In this document: positions 9,675 to 17,917 of the stretch, piece after piece
How positions within the stretch are numbered: position 1 is the stretch's first letter
Layout: every line of letters begins with the position of its first letter
Program-made: the position numbers and the translations under genes
Virus record (IMG/VR): IMGVR_UViG_3300036773_000030
Coordinates: 1 to 40,537 of that record
Length of the DNA stretch: 40,537 nt
Strand: one strand, 5' to 3'
DNA from: a virus
Taxonomy: Duplodnaviria; Caudoviricetes
Notes under the pieces: model-generated
The model's database searches: none
Seen by the model: the letters and a program-made list of their open reading frames with translations, nothing else
Told to the model about the DNA's origin: nothing

Positions 9675-10409
9675 TCAGCCGAAATCGTTCGCCAGATCGG
9701 TCACTTGTGCGGGAAGCTGCGCCGAATGTGACTGCCCCGGCACCGCCGTTCTGGTCGCCCCGGTCGCCGGTGGGGTGGCCGGCGGTGGCGCTGGCTGCCT
9801 GACTGGTGGTGGTACTGGCGACGGCGCTGGCGGCTTGGGAGCACCGTTTTTCGGAGCGAACACAAGGTCGCCGCGTGGCGCCCAACCAATGATTTCAAAA
9901 GTCGGATGGTAATTGGTTGATTGCTTTTCGCCCGACCCGCTCTTGATTGGAGTGGTCTTTCGCAGCACGATCACTGGCAGCTTGCCGGGATTCTCCGTCC
10001 GCTCATTCAAGTAGGCGTTGAACACCGCCTCGATGCCAGACAAAAACGCCTTTGAGGTGCCCGCCATTTCGCGGATTGGCTTGGCCCCGGCGCAATCCTT
10101 GGCGAGTTTCAGGACGAAGCGAACGCCATTCTTGTGACGCTCGCTGGGCCGTGGCGGCAATACCTCGCCCAACTTCACCAGCGCAAAGTCAGGCGCGCTG
10201 CCAGCGGCGAAATCAATCCAGCCGACTTCGAGATTTTCAAAGTCAACAATCGCCTTGAATGAACTGGTGATATCGACCGGATCGTTGCTGAAAACATTGT
10301 TGCCGTCGTCCGCCCGATCGACTCGAAACAATCGCCCGGCACGCGCGTCATATTTGAGGATCGGCATGAAATCGCCGGCCGGCTCAGTCGAGAATCCGAA
10401 TACGCTCAT
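9675..10409 (-). CDS. Putative ssDNA-binding/replication protein
   Basis: GGAG RBS before ATG 10409; beta-rich core, Pro-rich linker, short ANDFG tail; between nuclease and primase. Confidence 0.55.
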   Translation of the reverse strand: MSVFGFSTEPAGDFMPILKYDARAGRLFRVDRADDGNNVFSNDPVDITSSFKAIVDFENLEVGWIDFAAGSAPDFALVKLGEVLPPRPSERHKNGVRFVLKLAKDCAGAKPIREMAGTSKAFLSGIEAVFNAYLNERTENPGKLPVIVLRKTTPIKSGSGEKQSTNYHPTFEIIGWAPRGDLVFAPKNGAPKPPAPSPVPPPVRQPAPPPATPPATGATRTAVPGQSHSAQLPAQVTDLANDFG

Positions 10410-10472
10410 TTCGTTTACTCCATTCACGCTCCGGTTAGGCCCGAAGCAGCGCCAATCCCGGTGTTTCGGGAA

Positions 10473-11207
10473 TTAGAATCGCCAGACCTCATACCCGGCC
10501 TGCCGCGCCACCGGATTGTTCCAGTAAAAACCCTGATAGTCCGGCACGATGATTTTGGTAAAGAATTCCGGATCATCCGACAGCGCCAGAAACGCTTCGC
10601 AGCACAGTGCAATTCGCAGCAACGCATTGCGATGCTCGCGCACGTTTTCTAATTGATAGGTCGCGCTTTTGTGTGGTGTGCTGTAGGTGATCCGGCCGTC
10701 GATATTATCGCTGATCGCGGCGGTATAGAGCGCCACTTGCCGCGCGTGCGGAATCTGAATCTGCGTATGCAATCGTTCGGTGGTTTTTAGGTCAACCAGA
10801 ACGCCGTGCTGCTCCCAGAAATAATCGAAATACCCAATGATCGGATAAGTCAGTTCTTCCGGCTTCCACTCGACAAACCCTTGCATTGCGCTTGGTTTCC
10901 CGTAGGCGCGCAATTCACGCAGACCGTTCGCCACCATGCCAGCGATACCCTTGCGCTGATCATCGCGGCGCGGATCGCCGGATAGCGCGGTCAGCGTATC
11001 GTAAGTCTGATGCGCCAGCGCCACGCAGGCCGCGACGGTGACACCGCCATTCACCAAGCCCAGCGTGACACCGGCCTCGACCGCGCTGCCGCGATGGGTG
11101 GCGGCCCCGACCGGCTGCTTGCGCCCGAGAATACGTTCCAGCACGTACATGCCGGGCGCGGCGGCGAACAGGTTCAAGCTAGAAGGCGAGTGTCGTTCTA
11201 TTTTCAC
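10473..11207 (-). CDS. PD-(D/E)XK (RecB/Cas4-like) exonuclease
   Basis: HSPSSLN, RGSAVE, GYFD...VDLKTT, RQVALY motifs; GTG start at 11207 chosen, could start at 11252. Confidence 0.85.
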   Translation of the reverse strand: MKIERHSPSSLNLFAAAPGMYVLERILGRKQPVGAATHRGSAVEAGVTLGLVNGGVTVAACVALAHQTYDTLTALSGDPRRDDQRKGIAGMVANGLRELRAYGKPSAMQGFVEWKPEELTYPIIGYFDYFWEQHGVLVDLKTTERLHTQIQIPHARQVALYTAAISDNIDGRITYSTPHKSATYQLENVREHRNALLRIALCCEAFLALSDDPEFFTKIIVPDYQGFYWNNPVARQAGYEVWRF

Positions 11208-11270
11208 TTCGTCATTCCCCGCTTGCTCGCTTGCGTGCTTTAAGCAGATCAATCCGTTCGGCGGTCCACA

Positions 11271-11642
11271 TCAGAACCCCGCCCCGTCGTCACTCTCACC
11301 CACCAAAGCCTCAGCCTCAGCCACCAGAGGGTGAGAAGTCCCGGCCTTTGCTTTGGTAATTGCGAGTTCATGTCGAGTCCGCCGCAGTACGCGCTCGCAC
11401 TCCGCTTCGTAAGCGGCCTGCAAACGCAAATAAATTGAAGCTGCGATTTCGTTTGGACACCGATAACGCAAGGCCCAGAAAACGCGCCACGGCACGCCAT
11501 AGCGGGCTTCCAGCCGGCGCCACGCGTTTTCCAGGTCGCCCGGGCCTCTGGCCTCGGACTGCGTGAGACGCTTGGCCCACGAAGCCGCTCGATCAACCGT
11601 TGTGTCAGTCACGACTGACCTCCGCAAAGGATTTTCGCACAC
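11271..11642 (-). CDS. Hypothetical regulator in CII position
   Basis: Follows cro; helical HTH-like segment (LENAWRRLEARYGVPWRVFWALRYR); start ambiguous (GTG 11642 or GTG 11612, both with RBS). Confidence 0.6.
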   Translation of the reverse strand: MCENPLRRSVVTDTTVDRAASWAKRLTQSEARGPGDLENAWRRLEARYGVPWRVFWALRYRCPNEIAASIYLRLQAAYEAECERVLRRTRHELAITKAKAGTSHPLVAEAEALVGESDDGAGF

Positions 11643-11758
11643 CTGTAACTCTCCCTCATCCATGGTTTCTGCTTGGACGAGGCGTTTAGCTCACTCACTC
11701 GGTTCAGAAGTTCAGTAGTTCACCCTTGCAGGGCGCGATGGCAGTCGCGCCTGTAAGG

Positions 11759-11986
11759 TCACCTGCTTCCTCGTTCGGATTCGAGTGTTTCCGTAACCCA
11801 GCGACCAGCAAAGTCGTTCGGCGTGACGGCTCCATCGGTGACTTGCGAAATGATGATCGCAAGAGCCATGGAAGGCATGTCGCCATTCAGGATTTGAGCA
11901 ATCCGCCCCTGGGTAACGCCCACGCGTTTTGCAAACGCGTCTTGCGTCAATCCTTGCTGAGCGGAAAACCAATCGGAAAATCGCAT
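11759..11986 (-). CDS. cro: Cro-like HTH regulator
   Basis: LTQDAFAKRVGVTQGRIAQIL...TDGAVTPNDF; divergent from the repressor. Confidence 0.85.
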   Translation of the reverse strand: MRFSDWFSAQQGLTQDAFAKRVGVTQGRIAQILNGDMPSMALAIIISQVTDGAVTPNDFAGRWVTETLESERGSR

Positions 11987-11994
11987 GGCTAATT

Positions 11995-12037
11995 TTATTA
12001 GCATTGCTGATTGAGGGGTGTCAATAGCATTATTAAT
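11995..12037 (-). promoter_or_regulatory. Lytic (cro) promoter with two operators
   Basis: Minus-strand TTGACA (12024-12019), N17-18, CTAATA/TAATAA; operators ATTAGCATTGCTGAT 11997-12011 and AATAGCATTATTAAT 12023-12037. Confidence 0.7.
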
Positions 12038-12080
12038 AAGCCGGGATGGATCAAATCTAGCCCACCGCCAAAATGCTGAA

Positions 12081-12431
12081 ATGAAAAAGAAAGGAGCCGC
12101 CGGGCCAAAAGTTCAAACCCGCTTCAAACAGCCGAAGCGGCGCACGTTCGTCACTGAGTGGCGACGATATCGAAGCCTAACCCAGGAGCGCTTGGCCGAA
12201 CGCGCTGGGGTCAGCCAGGGCATGATTTCCCAACTGGAAACCGGACAAAGTGACTACACCGGTGAGCTTCTGGAAAAACTTGCCGACGCGCTGGAATGCA
12301 AGCCTGCCGATCTCATTATGCGCAATCCCCTCGATACCGAAGCTCCCTGGTTGATTTGGGATCAGCTTAAGCCAGAACAGCGCAAACAAGCCCTTCGGGT
12401 CCTTAAAGCCCTGATTGATGAGGCGGTATAA
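12081..12431 (+). CDS. cI: CI-like XRE-family repressor lacking a peptidase domain
   Basis: LTQERLAERAGVSQGMISQLETG HTH; 116 aa; start could be further upstream (12018). Confidence 0.85.
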   Translation: MKKKGAAGPKVQTRFKQPKRRTFVTEWRRYRSLTQERLAERAGVSQGMISQLETGQSDYTGELLEKLADALECKPADLIMRNPLDTEAPWLIWDQLKPEQRKQALRVLKALIDEAV

Positions 12432-12519
12432 AAAAGAAAAAATCAGCGAACTACACCTAGTTTTTCCCGCCCGCTGCGGACGCAAGCACCTCTTTCGATT
12501 CTGCCAGATTGCAAATATT

Positions 12520-12570
12520 ATCAATCACACTAATTTTTTGTTTGCGTCCAAATATTAGTGATGCTATTCA
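12520..12570 (+). promoter_or_regulatory. Rightward early promoter with operator(s)
   Basis: TTGCGT(12542)-N17-TATTCA(12565) with extended TG; ATTAGTGATGCTATT 12554-12568 is a 13/15 reverse-complement match to the operator at 12023; weaker site at 12520-12534. Confidence 0.65.
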
Positions 12571-12618
12571 ACTTCCATCGACGGCGAAGCATTGGCGCCG
12601 GTCACACGAGGAAGCCTA

Positions 12619-12990
12619 ATGTCCTATCTCAAACCCGATCTGGAATATGATTGCGCGGCGATTCATCTGGCCGCATGGCAGGCGGCGCAGCGGGAAATGG
12701 CGGCCTGCCAGGAGCTCGCGCGCCACGGTTCGCAATCGATCCGACCCGGCGCCTACACGCCACCGCCATTCGCGCACCTGCTTGCACAAGCGCTGCATCA
12801 TGTCTGGACCGCCGCGCGGCTTGAACGCGACTGTGAGCAGCAGCGCCGCGACCGCGCCCGGTTATCGGCGGCGGAGCAGAATATGCGCAGCCTCGGATTC
12901 GAATTGCTGAGAGCCTGCCAAGGCTTGGCGCAGCCGCTCGATCCCGACGCCATCGCCCGGCTCAAGGCCGCCACGCAGGCGACGGAATGA
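12619..12990 (+). CDS. Hypothetical early protein
   Basis: GAGGA RBS; ATGA overlap with the next gene. Confidence 0.7.
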   Translation: MSYLKPDLEYDCAAIHLAAWQAAQREMAACQELARHGSQSIRPGAYTPPPFAHLLAQALHHVWTAARLERDCEQQRRDRARLSAAEQNMRSLGFELLRACQGLAQPLDPDAIARLKAATQATE

Positions 12991-13436
12991 CTGCCACACA
13001 GAAAGACCTTCTTACCGGCCGCTGGCGCAAGCTGGTCGAACCGGTGAAGGAAGTCACCTCCCTGCACATTCCGCTGGTGAGCCTGTTGCGGCTTTGCGTG
13101 CGACCGGATGTGATTTGGCGGCATGTGCCGAACGGCGAGCATCGCGACCCGCGCACCGCCGCGAAACTGAAGGCCATGGGGGTGCTAGCCGGCGCCGCCG
13201 ATCTGGAATTCCATTGGTGCGAACTGGCCGATGGGAGCAAGGCGCGTCGGCTGCTGCATCTTGAACTAAAGGCCGGCAACCGCAAGCAGAACGCCAGTCA
13301 AATGGAATTCGAACTCGCCATGCGCCTGCTTGGGGATGACTATCACGTGGTCCGCTCGATCGAGGAGGCCGTCATCATACTCGGTGAACGCGGGCTGCTC
13401 AGACCTGGAATAGAAGTCGGCGGGAGGCGCTGGTGA
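12987..13436 (+). CDS. VRR-NUC-like nuclease
   Basis: HVPNGEHR...LKAMGVLAGAADL...LELKAGNRKQ...Q...VVRSIEEA pattern. Confidence 0.85.
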   Translation: MTATQKDLLTGRWRKLVEPVKEVTSLHIPLVSLLRLCVRPDVIWRHVPNGEHRDPRTAAKLKAMGVLAGAADLEFHWCELADGSKARRLLHLELKAGNRKQNASQMEFELAMRLLGDDYHVVRSIEEAVIILGERGLLRPGIEVGGRRW

Positions 13437-13714
13437 TCGGGCGCACTTTTCTGTTCGCGGTGTTGGCGCTGCTAACGCCGACCTCGGCCGCCGCGCGGAT
13501 TGAATGCCACACCGCCAGCCCCGGCATCCACTCATCATGGCGCCAGATCGATGGCCGCACCTGCTGGTACCAGGGCAGCCGAAACATCAGCAAAAGCGAA
13601 CTGTTCTGGCCAGTGACCACCAGTATCCACCCGCAACACAAACCGATACCCGCCCGGCCTTGGCCGGCGCCGCAGCCGGTGGCCGCCACTTTCAGCGAAC
13701 GCTGGCCGCATTGA
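13433..13714 (+). CDS. Small exported protein
   Basis: Signal peptide-like N-terminus, Cys pair (C...WRQIDGRTCWY), Pro-rich tail ending TFSERWPH. Confidence 0.65.
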   Translation: MIGRTFLFAVLALLTPTSAAARIECHTASPGIHSSWRQIDGRTCWYQGSRNISKSELFWPVTTSIHPQHKPIPARPWPAPQPVAATFSERWPH

Positions 13715-13724
13715 GGGGCGGCAA

Positions 13725-14006
13725 ATGGAATCCCGTTTTATGCATTTCAAACTGGTCTGGACCAGACAAGATGTGGGCAATGTCAGCTTCAGCACGCTCG
13801 ATAATGGCATTGCCGACCTCACCAACAGATCGCTACCGGCCTGCCACGCCCAACTGCCTTATCCGGTATCGAGCAGCGGCCTATTCCGGGTCAAGTGTGA
13901 GCGTTGTGGCAGCTACGGCATCGTTGCCGCCCGTGGCAGCACTAGCGATCCGCGCACGGTCAAGCTGCCATGCCGCCGGGAGAAATCCTACAACACAAAG
14001 GACTGA
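13725..14006 (+). CDS. Hypothetical protein, possible Zn-binding
   Basis: GAGG RBS; C...CERCG...C. Confidence 0.6.
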   Translation: MESRFMHFKLVWTRQDVGNVSFSTLDNGIADLTNRSLPACHAQLPYPVSSSGLFRVKCERCGSYGIVAARGSTSDPRTVKLPCRREKSYNTKD

Positions 14007-14011
14007 TCACC

Positions 14012-14293
14012 ATGACGGATGAAACACTGGGAATCATTGTCGAGCAGCAGCGGCATATCTATGAGGAACTAACCCGGAATAACGGGCGCAACGATACCCT
14101 GCAAGGGCTGGCGCTCGCACTTGACGTGCTGCATCGTGATGTCTGCGCCTTGCGCGACGACTTACGCGTGATATCGGCCATGGTGGTGCGCACCGATCAC
14201 AGCCTCAGCGATCTATTGCTTGATATCCGCACGGCGTATGACAAGCAAACGGCGATCTCGGAGCGGGTGACGGCGCTGGAACAACGGCGCTAG
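14012..14293 (+). CDS. Hypothetical coiled-coil protein
   Basis: AAGGA RBS; heptad pattern ending RVTALEQRR. Confidence 0.6.
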   Translation: MTDETLGIIVEQQRHIYEELTRNNGRNDTLQGLALALDVLHRDVCALRDDLRVISAMVVRTDHSLSDLLLDIRTAYDKQTAISERVTALEQRR

Positions 14294-14297
14294 ACTG

Positions 14298-14516
14298 ATG
14301 AGTCGCGCTCCTTCCCATTTTCGCCAGACCGACGTTCGACGGGCGATCAAAGCCGCCCAGGCCGCCGGCTTGACGGTGGCTAAGGTTGAGATTGATCCCA
14401 AGACCGCCGTTATTACGGTGGTGATTGGCGATCCCAAGATGGAAGCAGCGAAGGCGGTCAATCCCTGGGATACTGCGCCGATGCCATCGGAGTTTCGCAG
14501 ACGGAAACGGCCATGA
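14298..14516 (+). CDS. Putative excisionase / recombination directionality factor
   Basis: Small basic protein ([18 protein letters not shown]...NPWD) with ATGA overlap onto the integrase. Confidence 0.55.
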   Translation: MSRAPSHFRQTDVRRAIKAAQAAGLTVAKVEIDPKTAVITVVIGDPKMEAAKAVNPWDTAPMPSEFRRRKRP

Positions 14517-15559
14517 AAATCAGACTGCCGTACCTGAAGACATGGGTGGACAAGAAAAGCGGCATCACCTATGCGCGTTTTCGGCGCAAGGGTTACAAAC
14601 AAGTTCAATTGCCCGGCGCTCTCGGATCGGACGAAATGCTGGCAGCCTATTGGGCTGCGCGCAATTGCGGCGCACCTGTCGCGCCGAAGCCGGTTGGCGC
14701 CTCTCGCCTGCAACTCGGATCGGTCGCATCTGTTGTTGGGCTATTTCTGGAGTCAACGAGATTCACCGGCGACAGCGAGAGCACGCAGGGGAGACGGCGC
14801 CCGCAACTCAACAAGTTCCGCGAGTTGTATGGCGAAATGCCGATGGCCAGATTGGATGGCAAGTTCATCACGCGCCTGATCGAAGATGCCGGCGGCGGGC
14901 ATGCGGCCCGCAATTGGCTCAAGGCAATCCGCCCGCTGATGCAATTTGCCGTCGCGAAAGGGTTCAGCGAGGCTGATCCTACTATCGGCATCAAAGTGAG
15001 CGTTCCGCAATCAGACGGCCACGCCACTTGGGGAGAACCGGAAATTGAGCAATTCCGAGCGCATTGGGCGATCGGCACCACCGAACGCTTAGCGATGGAA
15101 TTGGCGCTGCATACCGGTCAGCGTATTAGTGACCTCGTTCGGATGGGACCGCAGCATGTGCGCAACGGCATCCTCAAGATTAAGCAACATAAGAAAACCA
15201 AGGCCGGCCGGGCTGAAGTCGAAATTCCAATTCATCCGGCTTTGGCTGCGCTGCTCGCGGCGCCTCCGAAGGGCATGACATTTCTGCGCAACGCTTGGGA
15301 GCGTCCCTTTACGACCAACAGCTTCTCCACTTGGTTTAGTAGCGCTGCTTTCGCTGCCGGGCTGCCGCAGGGCTACACCGCGCACGGGCTGCGCAAGGGC
15401 TGCTGCAAGCGCCTTGCCGATATCGGATGCACCGTCACCGAAATTGCCTCGATTACGGGACACCGAAGCTTGAAGGAGATTCAGCATTACACGCTCGCTT
15501 TCGATCGCCGCAAAGCAGCGAAGAATGCGATCGCGAAGTTGCTCGCCGGAGGCAGCTAA
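14513..15559 (+). CDS. int: Tyrosine integrase
   Basis: TGQRISD (R), HGLRK (H-x-x-R), ITGH, HY catalytic set; 348 aa. Confidence 0.95.
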   Translation: MKIRLPYLKTWVDKKSGITYARFRRKGYKQVQLPGALGSDEMLAAYWAARNCGAPVAPKPVGASRLQLGSVASVVGLFLESTRFTGDSESTQGRRRPQLNKFRELYGEMPMARLDGKFITRLIEDAGGGHAARNWLKAIRPLMQFAVAKGFSEADPTIGIKVSVPQSDGHATWGEPEIEQFRAHWAIGTTERLAMELALHTGQRISDLVRMGPQHVRNGILKIKQHKKTKAGRAEVEIPIHPALAALLAAPPKGMTFLRNAWERPFTTNSFSTWFSSAAFAAGLPQGYTAHGLRKGCCKRLADIGCTVTEIASITGHRSLKEIQHYTLAFDRRKAAKNAIAKLLAGGS

Positions 15560-15563
15560 ATAA

Positions 15564-15759
15564 GAACGAAATCGGTACAACAAGTGGCAAATCTGCCGGC
15601 CGCAAAGTGGCAAATCTCAACAAAATCAAACACTTGACAGGCCATAAACGAACCAGGACAGAGATACGAAATTGAGCATTATCAATGGGTTACAGGTGGC
15701 AAACACCCCAAAAGTCACCACTGAATCATATAGGTTTTTTGCCTGTGGTGGCAAATCTC
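15564..15759. other. attP region: four arm-type direct repeats and two IHF sites
   Basis: GTGGCAAA(TCT) at 15584, 15607, 15696, 15748; exact IHF consensus at 15624-15636 and 15680-15692; AT-rich, directly after int; core not identifiable without the host sequence. Confidence 0.75.
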
Positions 15760-15829
15760 CAGCAAGAAACAGCCTGCACAAATTAAACCCGCCAAATCCG
15801 CGAGCGGCGACAGGCACAGGAGCAGCGCA

Positions 15830-16108
15830 ATGACTCCAGCGCAGGAAAAACTTATCCGGGAACAAGAGGCCGAACTGATTCAGGGCCTTCAGCGTGTCTG
15901 CGCCGATTTCATGGCCCAGTGCGAGATCGTCGGCATTTCGGCGGTGGTGTACCAGACCACGGTGACGTTTCATCTGACACAAGGGTTGGCAATGATGCTG
16001 CTGACCACCAACGCCACCGACCTGGAGGCTACCAAAAAGTTATTGGGCGAAATGATGCTGTCGCTGCTGGATCAGCGACGGCAGGAACGGCCAGAGGTGC
16101 TGCATTGA
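15830..16108 (+). CDS. Hypothetical protein
   Basis: AGGAG RBS, 92 aa. Confidence 0.7.
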   Translation: MTPAQEKLIREQEAELIQGLQRVCADFMAQCEIVGISAVVYQTTVTFHLTQGLAMMLLTTNATDLEATKKLLGEMMLSLLDQRRQERPEVLH

Positions 16109-16323
16109 ATGAACTGTATTCACGGCATTCGCCTTATGATGCACTGGCGGAACGCTGGGTGAAAGATAACGAACTGGATAAGCTGTTTACCAAGCTGCCT
16201 CCAGATGTACGCTTTGACATGCTGGCGCTGTGCAAGACTTCTTTTATCGCCGGCGCCTGCCATGGCGCCCAGCTAACCTATGATGAGATTCTCAACCGAG
16301 GGACAAGCCATGGAACGACCTGA
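16105..16323 (+). CDS. Hypothetical protein (72 aa, TTG start)
   Basis: GAGG RBS, TTGA overlap with the previous stop; ...KTSFIAGA motif. Confidence 0.55.
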   Translation: MNELYSRHSPYDALAERWVKDNELDKLFTKLPPDVRFDMLALCKTSFIAGACHGAQLTYDEILNRGTSHGTT

Positions 16324-17296
16324 CATGAAGCTCAAGAGCAGCGAGACCATTTATGATCGTATCAGTACTTTGAATAAGCAATTGGCCGAACTATCCGGCC
16401 GCAACCGTCCGATGGTAACCGCGACCTCGGACGAATCGTTCACCCTCGATCAGGCCGAGAAGTACATCCAGGATCACACCCGCTACGCCTTTGACCATAT
16501 CGCCAGCGAGGTGCCGCCGGACCCCACGCCACCGGACCCCACGCCACCGGACGGCAAGCAATTCCCAGACAAGAATGATCCAATGTGCGGGGTGCCGACC
16601 GGCACCCAGTTACAGACCGTGAGCGGCAATCAAGTCATCACCCAGAACGGCGCCCGGATTTCTGGCAAGCGTTACACCGGCTTCGTCACCGTCGAAGGCG
16701 ACGATATTGAAATGTTTAATTGTGAGATTGATAACATCGGTTATTACCAGATCAAGTGGAATGGCCGGCGCGGCAAGATGCATCACTGCACCGTCACCGG
16801 CCATGGCGGTTCCTCCGGTGTTAACACTATCGATCTCGACATCAGTTATTGCCGCATTCGCGGTACCGAGAACGGCATCAACGTCAGCGGTGACGGCACC
16901 CGGATCACGTGGTGCGACATCACCGGCATGCTGGGGGTGCCGGGACAGGCGCATTACGATTGCATCCAGGCCGATGGCGACATCGATGGACTGGTGGTGG
17001 CCAATAACCGGCTCGATTGCGACCAGGACGACACGTCCGGCATGATGGCCGACAACTACTGGGGCGCCATGAACAACGTGACTATTGAGAACAACTACAT
17101 CGGTGGCGGGTCGTATCCGGCCTATACCGACGGCCACTTCAATGGCGCGTCGAAAATGACGAACGTAAAGTATCTCAATAACAAGATGAAAGCCGGTGGT
17201 TGGGGTGGCTACTTTTACAAAAAGGAAGCTGGTCCCGGCTGTGTCTGGCAAGGCAACACCGATTACCAGACGGGAGCGAACGTTGATCAGCGTTAA
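16310..17296 (+). CDS. Right-handed parallel beta-helix (pectin-lyase-like) protein
   Basis: Repeated [IV]-x-[IV]-x-x-[CN]-x-[IV] strands with Asn/Cys ladder, HYDCIQ motif; N-terminal coiled coil and (PPDPT)n linker. Confidence 0.75.
   Translation: MERPDMKLKSSETIYDRISTLNKQLAELSGRNRPMVTATSDESFTLDQAEKYIQDHTRYAFDHIASEVPPDPTPPDPTPPDGKQFPDKNDPMCGVPTGTQLQTVSGNQVITQNGARISGKRYTGFVTVEGDDIEMFNCEIDNIGYYQIKWNGRRGKMHHCTVTGHGGSSGVNTIDLDISYCRIRGTENGINVSGDGTRITWCDITGMLGVPGQAHYDCIQADGDIDGLVVANNRLDCDQDDTSGMMADNYWGAMNNVTIENNYIGGGSYPAYTDGHFNGASKMTNVKYLNNKMKAGGWGGYFYKKEAGPGCVWQGNTDYQTGANVDQR
16514..16552 (+). repeat. 15-bp tandem repeat x2.6 encoding PPDPT
   Basis: ccRccggaccccacg units. Confidence 0.85.
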
Positions 17297-17311
17297 AACG
17301 CGGCTTGTTCT

Positions 17312-17338
17312 GTAACATTTTGTTACTTGTAACGTTAC
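17312..17338. promoter_or_regulatory. Paired GTAAC/GTTAC palindromes (putative operator)
   Basis: GTAACA-TTT-TGTTAC 17312-17326 and GTAACGTTAC 17329-17338, just upstream of ATG 17363. Confidence 0.5.
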
Positions 17339-17362
17339 TAAGTCCCTGACACGGTACCCGGC

Positions 17363-17839
17363 ATGGGGCGCCCACCGATTGGAAAACGTGCAATGACGTC
17401 TGCCGAGCGCCAGCGTCGTTATCGGGAAATCCACGCTCAATCAAAGGATAATAGTGACATGGCAGAAGCCCAGGCATTACGGCCGGCGCCGCCGCTTCCA
17501 GCAACACGGGGTGATTTGCTTAATCAGAGAAAGTTGAAAAGCAAACGAACGATCAACGATCTTGTCGAGGATATTCTTGTTAGATTATGGGACGACGAGA
17601 GCTTCATGAAACTGGTTGAAGCTATTTATGATTCACAAGCCATTGAGGGGAGCATGGCGGATGACGATGTGATGGCAGCAATCATGATCCGTGATCAGGC
17701 CAGAAAAGATGGCTACATGGAGGTCGCTGAGCAGAATGTGCACACGGTCAAGCTCGCTATGCGAGTCGGGTTAAAACGCTATGGCATTGGCCGGCATGAG
17801 CGATATGAACAAGTGAATCCGCAGCTTCCCCTACAGTAA
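17363..17839 (+). CDS. Hypothetical DNA-binding protein
   Basis: MGRPPIGKRAMTSAERQRRYR basic N-terminus. Confidence 0.75.
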   Translation: MGRPPIGKRAMTSAERQRRYREIHAQSKDNSDMAEAQALRPAPPLPATRGDLLNQRKLKSKRTINDLVEDILVRLWDDESFMKLVEAIYDSQAIEGSMADDDVMAAIMIRDQARKDGYMEVAEQNVHTVKLAMRVGLKRYGIGRHERYEQVNPQLPLQ

Positions 17840-17871
17840 ATTTCATCCTGGATCGTCATGGAAATTCTTTG

Positions 17872-17901
17872 AAAGCCGGGGGAATCTTCCCCCGGCTTTT
17901 T
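17872..17901 (+). terminator. Rho-independent terminator
   Basis: AAAGCCGGGGGAA-TC-TTCCCCCGGCTTT-TT, perfect inverted repeat followed by a T tract. Confidence 0.8.
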
Positions 17902-17917
17902 ATTGAGAAAACAGCGC

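Noticed and set aside
10473-11207. Cas4-like nuclease as part of a CRISPR system
   Set aside because: No array or other cas genes, no four-Cys cluster; context is phage recombination/replication
15634-15665. TTGACA as a promoter -35 within attP
   Set aside because: No acceptable -10 at 16-18 bp; it overlaps the IHF site
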